Source: an uncultured Candidatus Saccharibacteria bacterium (GTDB lineage: Bacteria; Patescibacteriota; Doudnabacteria; UBA920). Taken from it: a DNA stretch of 64,000 nucleotides. A program made the position numbers and the translations under genes. The notes under the pieces were generated by a model that was given only the letters and a program-made list of their open reading frames with translations, was not told where the DNA came from and did not search any database. Positions within the stretch are counted from its first letter, which is position 1. Each line of letters opens with the position of its first letter. Where the stretch lies: NCBI GenBank assembly GCA_964474825.1, contig CAYYWQ010000001.1:677609-741608 (forward strand). Direction: 5' to 3'. Shown in pieces: positions 17,910 to 27,108 of the stretch.

Positions 17910-19721
17910 TTACCAGCTTCCACCACCGCCGCCGCCAAAGCCTCCGCCGGACGAACCGCCGGAAAAACCGCTTCCCCCGCCTGAGGCTGAACTGCCGGGG
18001 CTGCTGGCCAAAGTAGTGCTGGACGTACTGTGGAACCGGTCTATAGAATTCACAAAAGCCAGGGCGCCAAAAGTGGAATAATTACCACTATACCAGGAAG
18101 GCGGACTCAAATAAATCCCTTCAAATTTTTTGGCCCACTGTTTTTCCACGCCTAGGGCAATGGCATAAGGCAATAACTTTTCAAACCGTTCCGGCGTTTT
18201 GCTTGGGGCATTGTGGAATTCCAAGCGGTCTTTTTCTGCCACTTCTAAATATAATTTTAGACCCAAAATCTGTTTTGCGGCCAACGCGCCGCTTAAAGTC
18301 CGCCTAGGCATTGCTAAACCAAAAATTATAATAATAACCGCGGAAACCAGCATGCTTACAAGCCCAATCAGCCCAAAAGCACCAATTAAAGGAAAACCCA
18401 AACAGCCTACAAAAAAAGCAATTACAACAAACCCAACCTTAACCTTTGCCGGGTCAGAAGTAAAATATTTTTGATTAATTAAAGATTTAACAATTTCGGA
18501 TTTCGCCTTAATTAATTTAGTATAAAAACTGTCTTCCAAAGAAGAGAGCATTACAACATTAGGATTTTTAGGATCAGGATTCTCTTTCGTAACAAACTTT
18601 TGTAATGTATTCAAAAATCCAGCAGCTGCGGGAAGGTTTTTTGCAAGCTTTTTAAGTCCTTCTCCGTCCCCGGGTACTTCGGAAAGTGTAGACTGGTCAA
18701 ACAAACCATTCAGTAAGGTTTTCTGGAATTTTTTTTCCGAGCCGTCCGGAGGTTTTAACTTAGTAAGTTCGTAGTCGTCCTTTTTAGCCGTTATTTTTAA
18801 ATATCCGTTTACAGCCAAAAAAATAATTTCCCCTGTAATCCCCCGAACGGGTTCGGAAAATTTTAACAGCTGGGCAATTTCTGCAGGAGAAAGCCCGGCA
18901 GGAGCCTCGTATTCGGCCACAACAATTTTAGAAACTTCCGGGTCCCGGCCAAAAGAATACCAAATCCAGAAAAAGATTATAAAAATAAACAATGGCACAA
19001 CGGCTATCCAGTTGTCTGAAAATATTTGCATTACCTTTTGCCAGGTTGTGGCTGGAATTACCAAACCTTTAGGAAAAACCACAACAATGGTTAAGCCTTC
19101 ATTGGCCGCCAAACTCTGCTGACTAAAACCTGCGCCGCCAGTTTGAGCAATTGCTTCCTGGCACGCCTGGCCGCTACCAAAACTTCCGGCAAAACACTTA
19201 ATTTTTATACTGCTTTGCGGAACTTCTCCTGGCAAGAGAACAAATGCCTGGGCACTTAAAATAGGCACGTTCCACTCATTGCCGGTAATGTTCCAGTAAA
19301 GCTCGTCGTGGTCTTCAAAAAAATTAATTACCCGCTCAATGGAGTAATTAATCACATAAGTTTGAATGCCGCTAGCAGTTGTGTTAGCGTCTCCAATTTT
19401 AATTTCCAGGTTATTTCCGGACTTAGATGTGCTAAATTTATAAGGACTCCCACTTTCATTGCTAACTGTTACAGCAGAAATTTTAGTCTTTAGCTTACCG
19501 TAATTTGTTGTAAAAACTACTGGAATGTTCCTAAAAATTCCATGCTTGTCGTAGTCGCCAAAATTGTAAACTATTTCTTCTTTAACGGTAACAGTGTTGT
19601 CGCTATGCACTGTAAGCGTGGCTTTAAAACTATTAATCTGCTCCTCTCCATTTGCAGCCCTAGCAGCAGCAGGGAAAAAAAGAAAAACTGCCAAAAATAA
19701 AATTGCGTATTTTAACTTCAT
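17910..19721 (-). CDS. DUF2207-family membrane protein with a Gly/Ser-rich C-terminal tail
   Basis: Signal peptide MKLKYAILFLAVFLFFPAAARA, a large extracytoplasmic domain, internal TM segments, and the C-terminal ...GGGSGFSGGSSGGGFGGGGGGSW typical of DUF2207 proteins. Confidence 0.75.
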   Translation of the reverse strand: MKLKYAILFLAVFLFFPAAARAANGEEQINSFKATLTVHSDNTVTVKEEIVYNFGDYDKHGIFRNIPVVFTTNYGKLKTKISAVTVSNESGSPYKFSTSKSGNNLEIKIGDANTTASGIQTYVINYSIERVINFFEDHDELYWNITGNEWNVPILSAQAFVLLPGEVPQSSIKIKCFAGSFGSGQACQEAIAQTGGAGFSQQSLAANEGLTIVVVFPKGLVIPATTWQKVMQIFSDNWIAVVPLFIFIIFFWIWYSFGRDPEVSKIVVAEYEAPAGLSPAEIAQLLKFSEPVRGITGEIIFLAVNGYLKITAKKDDYELTKLKPPDGSEKKFQKTLLNGLFDQSTLSEVPGDGEGLKKLAKNLPAAAGFLNTLQKFVTKENPDPKNPNVVMLSSLEDSFYTKLIKAKSEIVKSLINQKYFTSDPAKVKVGFVVIAFFVGCLGFPLIGAFGLIGLVSMLVSAVIIIIFGLAMPRRTLSGALAAKQILGLKLYLEVAEKDRLEFHNAPSKTPERFEKLLPYAIALGVEKQWAKKFEGIYLSPPSWYSGNYSTFGALAFVNSIDRFHSTSSTTLASSPGSSASGGGSGFSGGSSGGGFGGGGGGSW

Positions 19722-19807
19722 AAAAATTCTTTAACTCATTTTAAGTATAGCATTTCTGAAAATTTTAGGCAGCCAGATGCCAACAATGTACTACATTTAA
19801 AGAAAAC

Positions 19808-19839
19808 AAAAAGCCCACACATTCCTGTGTGGGCTTTTT
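19808..19839. terminator. Rho-independent terminator (the stem is nearly identical to the one at 17795..17827)
   Basis: AAAAAGCCCACACA-TTCCT-GTGTGGGCTTTTT. Confidence 0.7.
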
Positions 19840-19962
19840 ACATTTCGTTATTCATTTTTCTTTAATTCTAACTCATGGTTTAACTCCGAATAATTAATAA
19901 GTCAAGCATAGTTACGCACTTTTAAAAAGACAAAATAAAAAACCCTTTTCGGGTTTAAGTTA

Positions 19963-20037
19963 TGGTGGTCCCGGTTGGAATCGAACCAACATCAATGCCT
20001 TAGAAGAGCACTGCTCTATCCATTGAGCTACGGAACC
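19963..20037 (-). tRNA. tRNA-Arg (anticodon UCU)
   Basis: Reverse complement GGTTCCGTAGCTCAATGGATAGAGCAGTGCTCTTCTAAGGCATTGATGTTGGTTCGATTCCAACCGGGACCACCA folds as a cloverleaf: 7-bp acceptor, GCTC/GAGC D-stem, anticodon loop CTTCTAA, T-loop TTCGATT, encoded CCA. Confidence 0.85.
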
Positions 20038-20226
20038 ACGTAAGTTTTCAAGTTAAAAGTAAAAAGTTATCAAGTTATTTGTTACTTGATAACTTGGAGC
20101 TTAAAGCTTATTCTGCCCCTCGACTTCGCTCGGGACACTCGACTTGCTTCGAGGTTTATGAGTGGTTAAGGCCTCCTAAAGGCCGAAACCACGAGCGAGC
20201 TTTGACGTTAGTCAAAGCGAGTCGAG

Positions 20227-20303
20227 TGGTGATCCCGGCAGGAGTTGAACCTGCGACCTCAAGCTCCGCAAGCTTGCGCTCTATCCAGCTGAGCTACGGG
20301 ATC
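20227..20303 (-). tRNA. tRNA-Arg (anticodon read as GCG)
   Basis: Reverse complement GATCCCGTAGCTCAGCTGGATAGAGCGCAAGCTTGCGGAGCTTGAGGTCGCAGGTTCAACTCCTGCCGGGATCACCA: perfect 5-bp anticodon stem CAAGC/GCTTG, loop TTGCGGA (G37), encoded CCA. Confidence 0.8.
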
Positions 20304-20382
20304 ATGCAACTTCCAGATTTTACCACAAACCCGTATTTTTTTCAAGCTGTAATATACTCTATTCTCAAGAAAAATATGCGGA

Positions 20383-21411
20383 TTATTTAAGCGTTACAGA
20401 AGTTAAATACTGCCTGTTTATTCTTACGGCGTAATAACCAACAACCATTATAACCAACCCGGCCAAAACCAACGCAAGTGGCCAGCCAAGGCCTGAGGTA
20501 AAGTATTCACCGGTAAGCTTTAAAATGTAACCTACCAAGGACAAAGTACCAAAAGTTAAAAAGGCTTTGCTTTTTACATAGACGCTTAAAAATACAATAC
20601 CAAACACAAGCAGCGGGTAAATTAGTTCCCAAAAGACATTTTGGTCCGGCTGCCACCCGCCCAAGGCCATAGTGGAACCCAAAAAGAACAAGCTACCAAA
20701 ACCATAAAGCGGACCCACCAGACCTCTTTGGGAAGTTTGCGACAAGTAATATCCCAAAAGCATATAAACTAAGCCAACAACCATAAACTGATATTCCCAA
20801 ATTTTACTGACATCGCTATAACTTAAATTATCCCCCACCAGCCAGCTTACCAAAAAGTGGAAAAGCACAGTTGCAAAAATAATACTAAAGAGCAGCAGGA
20901 CTGTTTGCTGTTTAAAATACCAAAACACTCCTAAAAATATTGCGGTTAAGGAAGCATAAATTGCGACCTGCAGTATATTAGAAGACAAATCAAACCCAGC
21001 TTCTTTGACAGTAACACCTACACCTAAAGGGGCCAGCATGCCAAACAGCAAAAAGAAAGCTTGGGCAAGTTTGCTTAAATTTTCATAACGGCTCAGCAAA
21101 ATGGCCACAAGCCCGCTGGCTAAACAGCTCCCAAGAGTTATAAAAATCCGGAGAGGTGCGCTAAAGCTATCCCAGTTCTGGTAGCAAAGCACAATAATTC
21201 CCAAAAACACAATAGCGCCGCCAATATAATACAGAATCTCGGAAACCCCAACATGACTCTTTTGTTCAACATACTGGGGCACAGCCGTTGAAACTCCGCC
21301 CAAAGCGCTTAAAATTTCCGCCTGGCTTAGTTGCCCGCTTTGGGCCATTTGCCTAACCTCATTTAGTAGTTCTTGTTTTTCCATAAATTTATTTTTATTT
21401 ACTCTATCCAA
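20383..21411 (-). CDS. Polytopic integral membrane protein (8 or more TM segments), hypothetical
   Basis: 342 aa. The soluble N-terminal ~45 aa are followed by repeated hydrophobic helices. Overlaps the upstream ORF by 13 nt, so an operon is likely. Confidence 0.5.
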   Translation of the reverse strand: MDRVNKNKFMEKQELLNEVRQMAQSGQLSQAEILSALGGVSTAVPQYVEQKSHVGVSEILYYIGGAIVFLGIIVLCYQNWDSFSAPLRIFITLGSCLASGLVAILLSRYENLSKLAQAFFLLFGMLAPLGVGVTVKEAGFDLSSNILQVAIYASLTAIFLGVFWYFKQQTVLLLFSIIFATVLFHFLVSWLVGDNLSYSDVSKIWEYQFMVVGLVYMLLGYYLSQTSQRGLVGPLYGFGSLFFLGSTMALGGWQPDQNVFWELIYPLLVFGIVFLSVYVKSKAFLTFGTLSLVGYILKLTGEYFTSGLGWPLALVLAGLVIMVVGYYAVRINRQYLTSVTLK

Positions 21412-21926
21412 CCTAAAAATTGGAAATTATAATAATTGTTGCTGCCGCTTAGTTTTAAGTTGAGCTTACGGCTACGGTTGTGGCCTTTTATAAACCAGCT
21501 GTTGTAATCCGAAGAGCCCCCGCCAAACAGAAAATCTCCTCCCCCACCATTACCCTGCTGTACCGTATAACCGTCGGGCGAAGGATTACTGCTGTCCAAA
21601 TTATAACCTTGGGCCTGTTCAAAAGTTATTTCACTGCTCTGATCTTTGGCTACGTCGTAAATATAAAAATGCACTTCCCCAGGCTGAGGCTTGTAATAGT
21701 CGGGCGGATTTGTTGTTGGGGGCGGATTATGTATTAAATGCCCGTTACTAACCTGGTATTCCTGCTGGCCGTAACCATAATAAACATTATTATTGCTGGA
21801 ATATAAAAAATTATATTGTGGCTTTTTGCCTATTCCTGGAACGTAAATAAAAATCGCGACTAAAATAATCATTAAAACTGGCACTGCTAAGGCAATGTAT
21901 AGGGGGAGATTTTTCTTGTTTAACAT
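21399..21926 (-). CDS. Single-pass membrane-anchored hypothetical protein (Pro/Tyr/Gly-rich ectodomain)
   Basis: N-terminal TM segment LPLYIALAVPVLMIILVAIFIYV; low-complexity PPPTTNPPDYYKPQPG and GNGGGGDFLFGGG segments. Confidence 0.45.
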   Translation of the reverse strand: MLNKKNLPLYIALAVPVLMIILVAIFIYVPGIGKKPQYNFLYSSNNNVYYGYGQQEYQVSNGHLIHNPPPTTNPPDYYKPQPGEVHFYIYDVAKDQSSEITFEQAQGYNLDSSNPSPDGYTVQQGNGGGGDFLFGGGSSDYNSWFIKGHNRSRKLNLKLSGSNNYYNFQFLGWIE

Positions 21927-22030
21927 AAAATTACAAGTTAATGTCTACTTAGAACCTAACTTAAAAATACTTCGGGCTGCAATTCCATAATTTTGACGGC
22001 TTGTATCAAAAAATTTTTCCGCTTATGCCT

Positions 22031-22114
22031 CCGGCTAAACATCAAAATTTGTTTGAGCCCAATCCGCTCAAAATTCTGAAATTTCGCCTACAAATTATTT
22101 TTAAGATAGCTTCT
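22031..22114 (+). repeat. Copy A of an ~85-nt intergenic repeat element (also at 36452..36614), ending about 55 nt upstream of the rluB-like start
   Basis: CCGGCTAAACATCAAAATTTGTTTGAGCCCAATCCGCTCAAAATTCTGAAATTTCGCCTACAAATTATTTTTAAGATAGCTTCT is about 90% identical to the reverse complement of 36452..36545 and about 75% identical to 36546..36614. Confidence 0.5.
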
Positions 22115-22171
22115 GTTAATTATAGCACTTTTCCCTAAAATCATATATGATGATAGTAGAAGTTATATTTT

Positions 22172-22858
22172 ATGCAAGAACGAGTACAAAAGTTTATCAG
22201 TAGCGCTGGCGCGGCCAGCAGGCGCAAAGCCGAGGAATTCATAAAGTCCGGCCAGGTTTTTATTAATGGCAGAAAAGCTAAGCTTGGTGACAAAGTAGAC
22301 CCTGAAAAAGACGTGGTAAAAATTTACGGAAAAGTTGTAAAACCAGCGGAACAAAAAATTTACGTAATGTTAAATAAACCAAAAGGCGTAGTAGTAAGCA
22401 AAAGCGACCCAAGGCACAGGAAAACTGTGTTCGATTTACTGCCGGAGGAACTTAGGACTAAAGTTTGGAACATTGGCCGCTTAGATTTTGACACTGAAGG
22501 CCTTATAATTTTAACTAACGATGGCGACCTTACCCAGCAGCTAGCCCACCCCAAATACGAACACGACAAAGAATATGAAGTCTTAACCCAGGAAGCTCCA
22601 ACTGAAAGCCAGCTGGAAGCATTAAGGAGCGGGGTGGAAATTGCCACGGGCACAACTTACCCGGCCACAGTAAAAACCCGCGGAGACATTATTCGCATTA
22701 TTATTCACGAAGGCAAGAAGCGACAGATAAGACGGATGTTCGCGGCCGTAGATTTAACAGTAAAAAATCTAAAACGTATTCGCATAAACAAACTGCTATT
22801 GCCGGCAGACTTACCCCTTGGGCAATACAAGCTAATTAAAAAAGAGTCGATTCTCTAG
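22172..22858 (+). CDS. rluB: Pseudouridine synthase, RsuA/RluB family (S4 domain plus catalytic domain)
   Basis: N-terminal S4 RNA-binding segment (RVQKFISSAGAASRRKAEEFIKSGQVFINGR) and catalytic-Asp motif GRLDFDTEGLIILTNDG. Confidence 0.85.
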   Translation: MQERVQKFISSAGAASRRKAEEFIKSGQVFINGRKAKLGDKVDPEKDVVKIYGKVVKPAEQKIYVMLNKPKGVVVSKSDPRHRKTVFDLLPEELRTKVWNIGRLDFDTEGLIILTNDGDLTQQLAHPKYEHDKEYEVLTQEAPTESQLEALRSGVEIATGTTYPATVKTRGDIIRIIIHEGKKRQIRRMFAAVDLTVKNLKRIRINKLLLPADLPLGQYKLIKKESIL

Positions 22859-22867
22859 CAAAGTATA

Positions 22868-23647
22868 ATGTATAAACACAGAGCAGCAATTATTATTTTT
22901 GTTTTAGCAATAGTTATTTTTGCTGTGTCGTTATTTAAAATAAACCAGCATTACCCACAAAATAAGATTGCAGATGCTCCAAAATTTAAACCGCATGCCT
23001 CCCCCACGCCTACATTTGTTGTCCCATCACCTTCCTCGTCTGTGTCTCCCACGCCTACCAGCTACGAACTACCAGCTACTCTGCTACTTCCAGTCCCCTT
23101 CACACCCCAAGCGCCAACCGGCAACTGGGACACCATTCATAACGAAGACTGCGAAGAAGCCAGCGCAATAATGGCTAATGCTTATTACAATGGCCCGGAC
23201 GACGTAAAGCTAAACACCGACTATGTTGAAGGACAATTAACCAAACTCACGGACTGGGAAATGCAAACCTATGGTTATAACCTGGACATAAACAGCGAGC
23301 AGACCGCGGAAATGATACAAGCCAACTACGGCCTTCACACAAAAATTTTATACAGCTACACGGAAGACGACATAAAAAAAGAATTGTCCCAAAAACATTT
23401 GGTATTATTCCCGGCCAACGGGCAAATGCTGGGCAACCCCAACTTTAAACAACCAGGTCCTAAATACCACATGATAGTCCTGCGGGGCTACACAACAGGA
23501 ACTATAATTACCAATGACCCCGGCACCCGCAACGGCCTAAACTATTCCTACTCCTTTGACACCCTCTACGAAGCCAACGGCAACTGGGATCACGATACTG
23601 AGAAGGTAAATTTAAATATAAAAAATATTATTGTGGTTTGGAAATAA
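22868..23647 (+). CDS. Membrane-anchored papain-like cysteine peptidase domain protein (Peptidase_C39_2-like)
   Basis: N-terminal TM segment, Pro/Ser/Thr linker, then NEDCEEASAIMANAYYNG (catalytic Cys context) and downstream YHMIVLRGY (His). These fit the C39-like fold. Family assignment by motif only. Confidence 0.5.
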   Translation: MYKHRAAIIIFVLAIVIFAVSLFKINQHYPQNKIADAPKFKPHASPTPTFVVPSPSSSVSPTPTSYELPATLLLPVPFTPQAPTGNWDTIHNEDCEEASAIMANAYYNGPDDVKLNTDYVEGQLTKLTDWEMQTYGYNLDINSEQTAEMIQANYGLHTKILYSYTEDDIKKELSQKHLVLFPANGQMLGNPNFKQPGPKYHMIVLRGYTTGTIITNDPGTRNGLNYSYSFDTLYEANGNWDHDTEKVNLNIKNIIVVWK

Positions 23648-23804
23648 AGGTTGTAAGCAGCCTGTATTAGCTCCTCGCCTCGCTTGTCTTGCAAGCAAGA
23701 CAGACTCATCTACGTGCTAATAAAATTAAGAAAGCGCAAGGACAGCCGGGGGGCCGCCTTGCGCGATCACGTTGAATTGAGTCTTTCTCCCATGGTCGCC
23801 TCTT

Positions 23805-24524
23805 CTAGGCGACCTTTGCTTTTGGTAACGATTTCACCTTTGCGAGCCCGATGGACTCGAGCAGGCAAATAACAGGCCATGCGGGGTCGATTTCGCCGGC
23901 TTCGTGCGCGAACCGCGCCGAGGTCGGATACTGATGGTGGTTGTTATGCAAGCCCTCCCCGCCGGTCAAAAACGCGACCGACTGCAGGTTGGTTGCGAGG
24001 TTGTCGTAGTTCCGGTAGCCCACCATGTGACAGATGCTGTTGATCGCCGAATTCAGCAGAATGTAGAAAATTACGTGGAATCCCCAAGCAAAGAATCCCC
24101 ACATCCAGCCGAACATCAGCATAAAAATCGCCAAACCGCCGAGGACGCCGAACTTGATGAACGGCAGGCGGTCCAGTATGTCCGGTCGGTAATCCGGAGC
24201 ATACTTGGCAACCATAGCAGCGTCCTTCGTCGCCGTGCGATAGTAAAAAAAGTTACCGAACAGCACGTTCCACATTCCGTACAAGTACGGACTGTGCGGA
24301 TCCCCTTCCTTGTCGGAAAACTGGTGATGCTTACGGTGCACCGCCACCCACTCCCGGGGCATAATCCCGGTAAAAAGAGCGAGCTCCAAGTGCATTACCA
24401 GTGCGAGTGCCGGGTGAATATCCAGACCCCTGTGCGTCAGGTGCCTGTGCAGGTAGATGGTCGTCAACAAGACCGACGTCTGCAAAATTCCGAGCGTAAT
24501 CAAAAACATCAAAAACGGACTCAT
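23805..24524 (-). CDS. Membrane fatty-acid desaturase (acyl-CoA/acyl-lipid Delta9 desaturase-like), in a GC-rich island
   Basis: Three His boxes typical of the integral-membrane desaturases: HRHLTHR, HRKHHQF, HNNHHQYP. A strong GAGGAGG RBS precedes the ATG. GC content is clearly higher than in the flanking regions. Confidence 0.8.
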   Translation of the reverse strand: MSPFLMFLITLGILQTSVLLTTIYLHRHLTHRGLDIHPALALVMHLELALFTGIMPREWVAVHRKHHQFSDKEGDPHSPYLYGMWNVLFGNFFYYRTATKDAAMVAKYAPDYRPDILDRLPFIKFGVLGGLAIFMLMFGWMWGFFAWGFHVIFYILLNSAINSICHMVGYRNYDNLATNLQSVAFLTGGEGLHNNHHQYPTSARFAHEAGEIDPAWPVICLLESIGLAKVKSLPKAKVA

Positions 24525-24611
24525 TTGTATTGAATCCTCCTCACGTTAAGTATAACAGCAACCCAAACTAATTACGAAAAATTTCCAACAAAAAAACCGT
24601 AACTTGCGGTT

Positions 24612-24653
24612 TAAAAATAAAATACCGCGGACCTCTGAGGAGATGGTCCGCGG
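24612..24653 (-). terminator. Rho-independent terminator of the deaminase-like gene
   Basis: On the minus strand: CCGCGGACC-ATCTCCTCAGA-GGTCCGCGG followed by TATTTTATTTTT. A second weaker hairpin+T-run lies at 24590..24612. Confidence 0.65.
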
Positions 24654-24694
24654 CGGGCATAGCCCTAAGTTTTGATGCGGGAGTGAGCGTAAAA

Positions 24695-25234
24695 CTAGAT
24701 GTTGGCTTTCTTGTTCTTGTACTTGGTTGGATACGGGAACAAGAAGAACTTACGAATAGGAAACTTGATCCACTCCCTCTTGTACTTCATGATCACGGTT
24801 GCGTTGGAAGTGGAAAAACGCCTTAAAACTTCAATGCACTTCGCGCACGGCGCCTGCACAGTACGGCGACTGTAACCAGGCTTGAAGTGGACAACAACCA
24901 GTTTAAGAACGATATCATCGTTATCCACTGTCTCGGCCACTGCCGAAGGCTCTGAGCACTGGTTGAATTCGCGTCCGCGCGAACAATTGAGTTGCGGTTT
25001 GCCGTAAAAGTCTTTACGACCCTTGATCACACAGTAAGTGTGACTACGGCGATTCTTGCATTTCAGCTTTGCCTTTTCTAAGGCCAGGTCGACCATCGAC
25101 ATGTCTTCTTTGTTAACCGGCCGCGCTAACTTGCGGATGTAGGCATCACGCAATTCGTCCGCGGTCATCTCGTCTACGGTTTTTCCGACATGCATCGAAG
25201 GTCGCTTCTTCATTACAACCACAGCGGTTCCCAC
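24695..25234 (-). CDS. Hypothetical protein with a cytidine-deaminase-fold zinc-binding signature (C-S-E ... PCAKC). GC-rich, GTG start.
   Basis: NQCSEPSAVAE (C-x-E) followed ~35 aa later by APCAKCIEVLRRF (PCxxC then L..F). This is the spacing and context of the CDA superfamily. GTG start with an AAGGAGG RBS 7 nt upstream. Confidence 0.4.
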   Translation of the reverse strand: MGTAVVVMKKRPSMHVGKTVDEMTADELRDAYIRKLARPVNKEDMSMVDLALEKAKLKCKNRRSHTYCVIKGRKDFYGKPQLNCSRGREFNQCSEPSAVAETVDNDDIVLKLVVVHFKPGYSRRTVQAPCAKCIEVLRRFSTSNATVIMKYKREWIKFPIRKFFLFPYPTKYKNKKANI

Positions 25235-25351
25235 GAAATTCCTCCTTATTCCCTTTCTTGCAGTACTATAATAACATCTACTAACATAATAAAAGCCTAA
25301 GAGTAAGCATCTGAAATCTTAGTAGATCGACTTGTAATTTAAACATTTTTC

Positions 25352-27103
25352 TTATTTTACGTCAAGGTTTTCGCCAATTTGCTGTCTCCACATGGCATAG
25401 TATAAACCTTTTTGGTCTAGCAAGTCTTGGTGTTTGCCATGTTCGGCGACGTTACCTTTTTCTAGGACGTATATTCTATCCGCGTGCATAATTGTAGACA
25501 GGCGATGCGCTATCATTACCGTAATTTGCTCACCAGCACCCGAAAGGTCGCGAATGGTTTTGGTAATTTGTTCTTCGGTTAAAGAGTCGAGGGAAGATGT
25601 TGCTTCGTCGAATACCAAAAGTTTAGGGTCACGCAGTAATGCGCGCGCGATAGATAAACGCTGTTTTTCTCCCCCGCTGACTTTAACTCCGCCTTCGCCA
25701 ATTACCGTGTCCAGCCCTTTTGTGGCCCTTTGCATTAAACTGTCAGCAGCGGATTTTTTTAAGGCTACATTCAATTGCTCATCTGTCGCGTTAGGATTTA
25801 CAAACTTTAAGTTGTCGCGAATACTGCCGGCGAACAATTGAGTGTCTTGGGTCACTAAACCAATTTGGGACCTGAGTTCTTCCAGGTTCGACTCAGTCAT
25901 GTCGACACTATTATAAAATACTTTGCCGTTTTGCGGCCTGTAGAGCCCAACGAGCAATTTTACCAAAGTAGTTTTGCCGGCTCCCGAAGGCCCAACAAAA
26001 GCAATTGTTTCGCCGCTTTGTGCCTGAAAAGAAACTTTTTCCAAAGCAGATTTCCCGGCGCTTAAGTGCTGGAAAGAAACATTTTCAAAAGCAATTTTTT
26101 TGAGGCTGCCAATGCTCTTGGGATTTTCCGCCTTTGGCTCTTTAGGCGAATTTAAAATTTTGCTGAAATTTTCCAGCGATGCCTGGGCTTCGCGGTAAGA
26201 ATTTACTACATCGCCGAGCTGCTGCAGCGGGCTAAACAAAAAGAAGGAATAAATCCACAGGGAGAAAAACTGCCCAATGCTTAAAACCCGGGTAAACACC
26301 AAATAAATCATTACAAATAAAATAAGCGTGCGTAAAAAGTTAATTGCGGAACCCTGCACAAAACTTAAGGTGCGCAAATATTTAACTTTTTGCAGTTCTA
26401 GTTTTAAAATTTCGTTGGTCGTGTTGTTTAAGCGTTTAACTTCGGCCTCGGAAAGCCCCATAGACTTAACCAGCTCAATGTTACGCAGGCTTTCTGTTGT
26501 GGAGCCGGCCAAGGAAGTAGTTTGGGCAACAATTTTAATTTGGACCGCCTTAATTTTTTTGCTCAAAAACGCCGACAAAAACCCTAACACAGGGACCATG
26601 GCCAAATAAACCACAGCCACAATCCAACTTAAAAAGAAAGCATAAATAATAACAAAAACAAATCCAATAATGGAAAAAAATAAAATGTTAACAAAATTGG
26701 TTATTAAAACCTGGCTGTCCTGGCGCACGCGCTGGAGCTTTTCCAAAGTCTCGCCGCTTCTCTGGTCTTCAAACACCTGGTAAGGCAGCTGCAAAGAATG
26801 GGCCAAGCCGTCGGTATACATTTTAGCCCCAACCCTTTGGGTAACGGTGTTTACGTAAAAGTCCTGGAAGTTTTTGGCAATTCGGGAAACCAGGTTAGTA
26901 CCCATAGACAGCAAAAGTAAAATGCCTACGCCGCGGAAAAAATCACTACTGGAAAGTTCGGCGAACTTTGTAGCGTAGTTGTCTAAAATCAGGCGAAAAA
27001 TATATGGATCAAGCAGGGAAAAAATTTGGTTGACCGCGGCCAAAAACATGGCAAGAGCCAAAATTTTCCAGTAGCGTTTTAAGTAACCCAATAAAATTTT
27101 CAT
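25352..27103 (-). CDS. ABC transporter, fused permease/ATP-binding subunit (MsbA/MdlB-type exporter)
   Basis: Six-TM N-terminal domain, Walker A GPSGAGKTT, signature LSGGEKQRLSIARALL, Walker B LLVFDEATSSLD, H-loop IAHRLS. Confidence 0.9.
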   Translation of the reverse strand: MKILLGYLKRYWKILALAMFLAAVNQIFSLLDPYIFRLILDNYATKFAELSSSDFFRGVGILLLLSMGTNLVSRIAKNFQDFYVNTVTQRVGAKMYTDGLAHSLQLPYQVFEDQRSGETLEKLQRVRQDSQVLITNFVNILFFSIIGFVFVIIYAFFLSWIVAVVYLAMVPVLGFLSAFLSKKIKAVQIKIVAQTTSLAGSTTESLRNIELVKSMGLSEAEVKRLNNTTNEILKLELQKVKYLRTLSFVQGSAINFLRTLILFVMIYLVFTRVLSIGQFFSLWIYSFFLFSPLQQLGDVVNSYREAQASLENFSKILNSPKEPKAENPKSIGSLKKIAFENVSFQHLSAGKSALEKVSFQAQSGETIAFVGPSGAGKTTLVKLLVGLYRPQNGKVFYNSVDMTESNLEELRSQIGLVTQDTQLFAGSIRDNLKFVNPNATDEQLNVALKKSAADSLMQRATKGLDTVIGEGGVKVSGGEKQRLSIARALLRDPKLLVFDEATSSLDSLTEEQITKTIRDLSGAGEQITVMIAHRLSTIMHADRIYVLEKGNVAEHGKHQDLLDQKGLYYAMWRQQIGENLDVK

Positions 27104-27108
27104 AGAAT

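Noticed and set aside
17940-18010. Gly/Ser-rich coding repeat at the 3' end of the DUF2207 gene as a possible repeat element
   Set aside because: It is the characteristic low-complexity C-terminal tail of DUF2207 proteins, in-frame, and not an independent repeat.
20079-20390. 103-aa ORF spanning the inter-tRNA spacer and the second tRNA-Arg
   Set aside because: It overlaps a well-folded tRNA gene on the opposite strand. It has no RBS and its sequence is driven by the tRNA complement.
23650-25250. Treating the GC-rich loci as proven horizontal transfers
   Set aside because: Composition alone cannot distinguish horizontal transfer from assembly chimerism or contamination without read-level evidence. 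I report them as candidates only.
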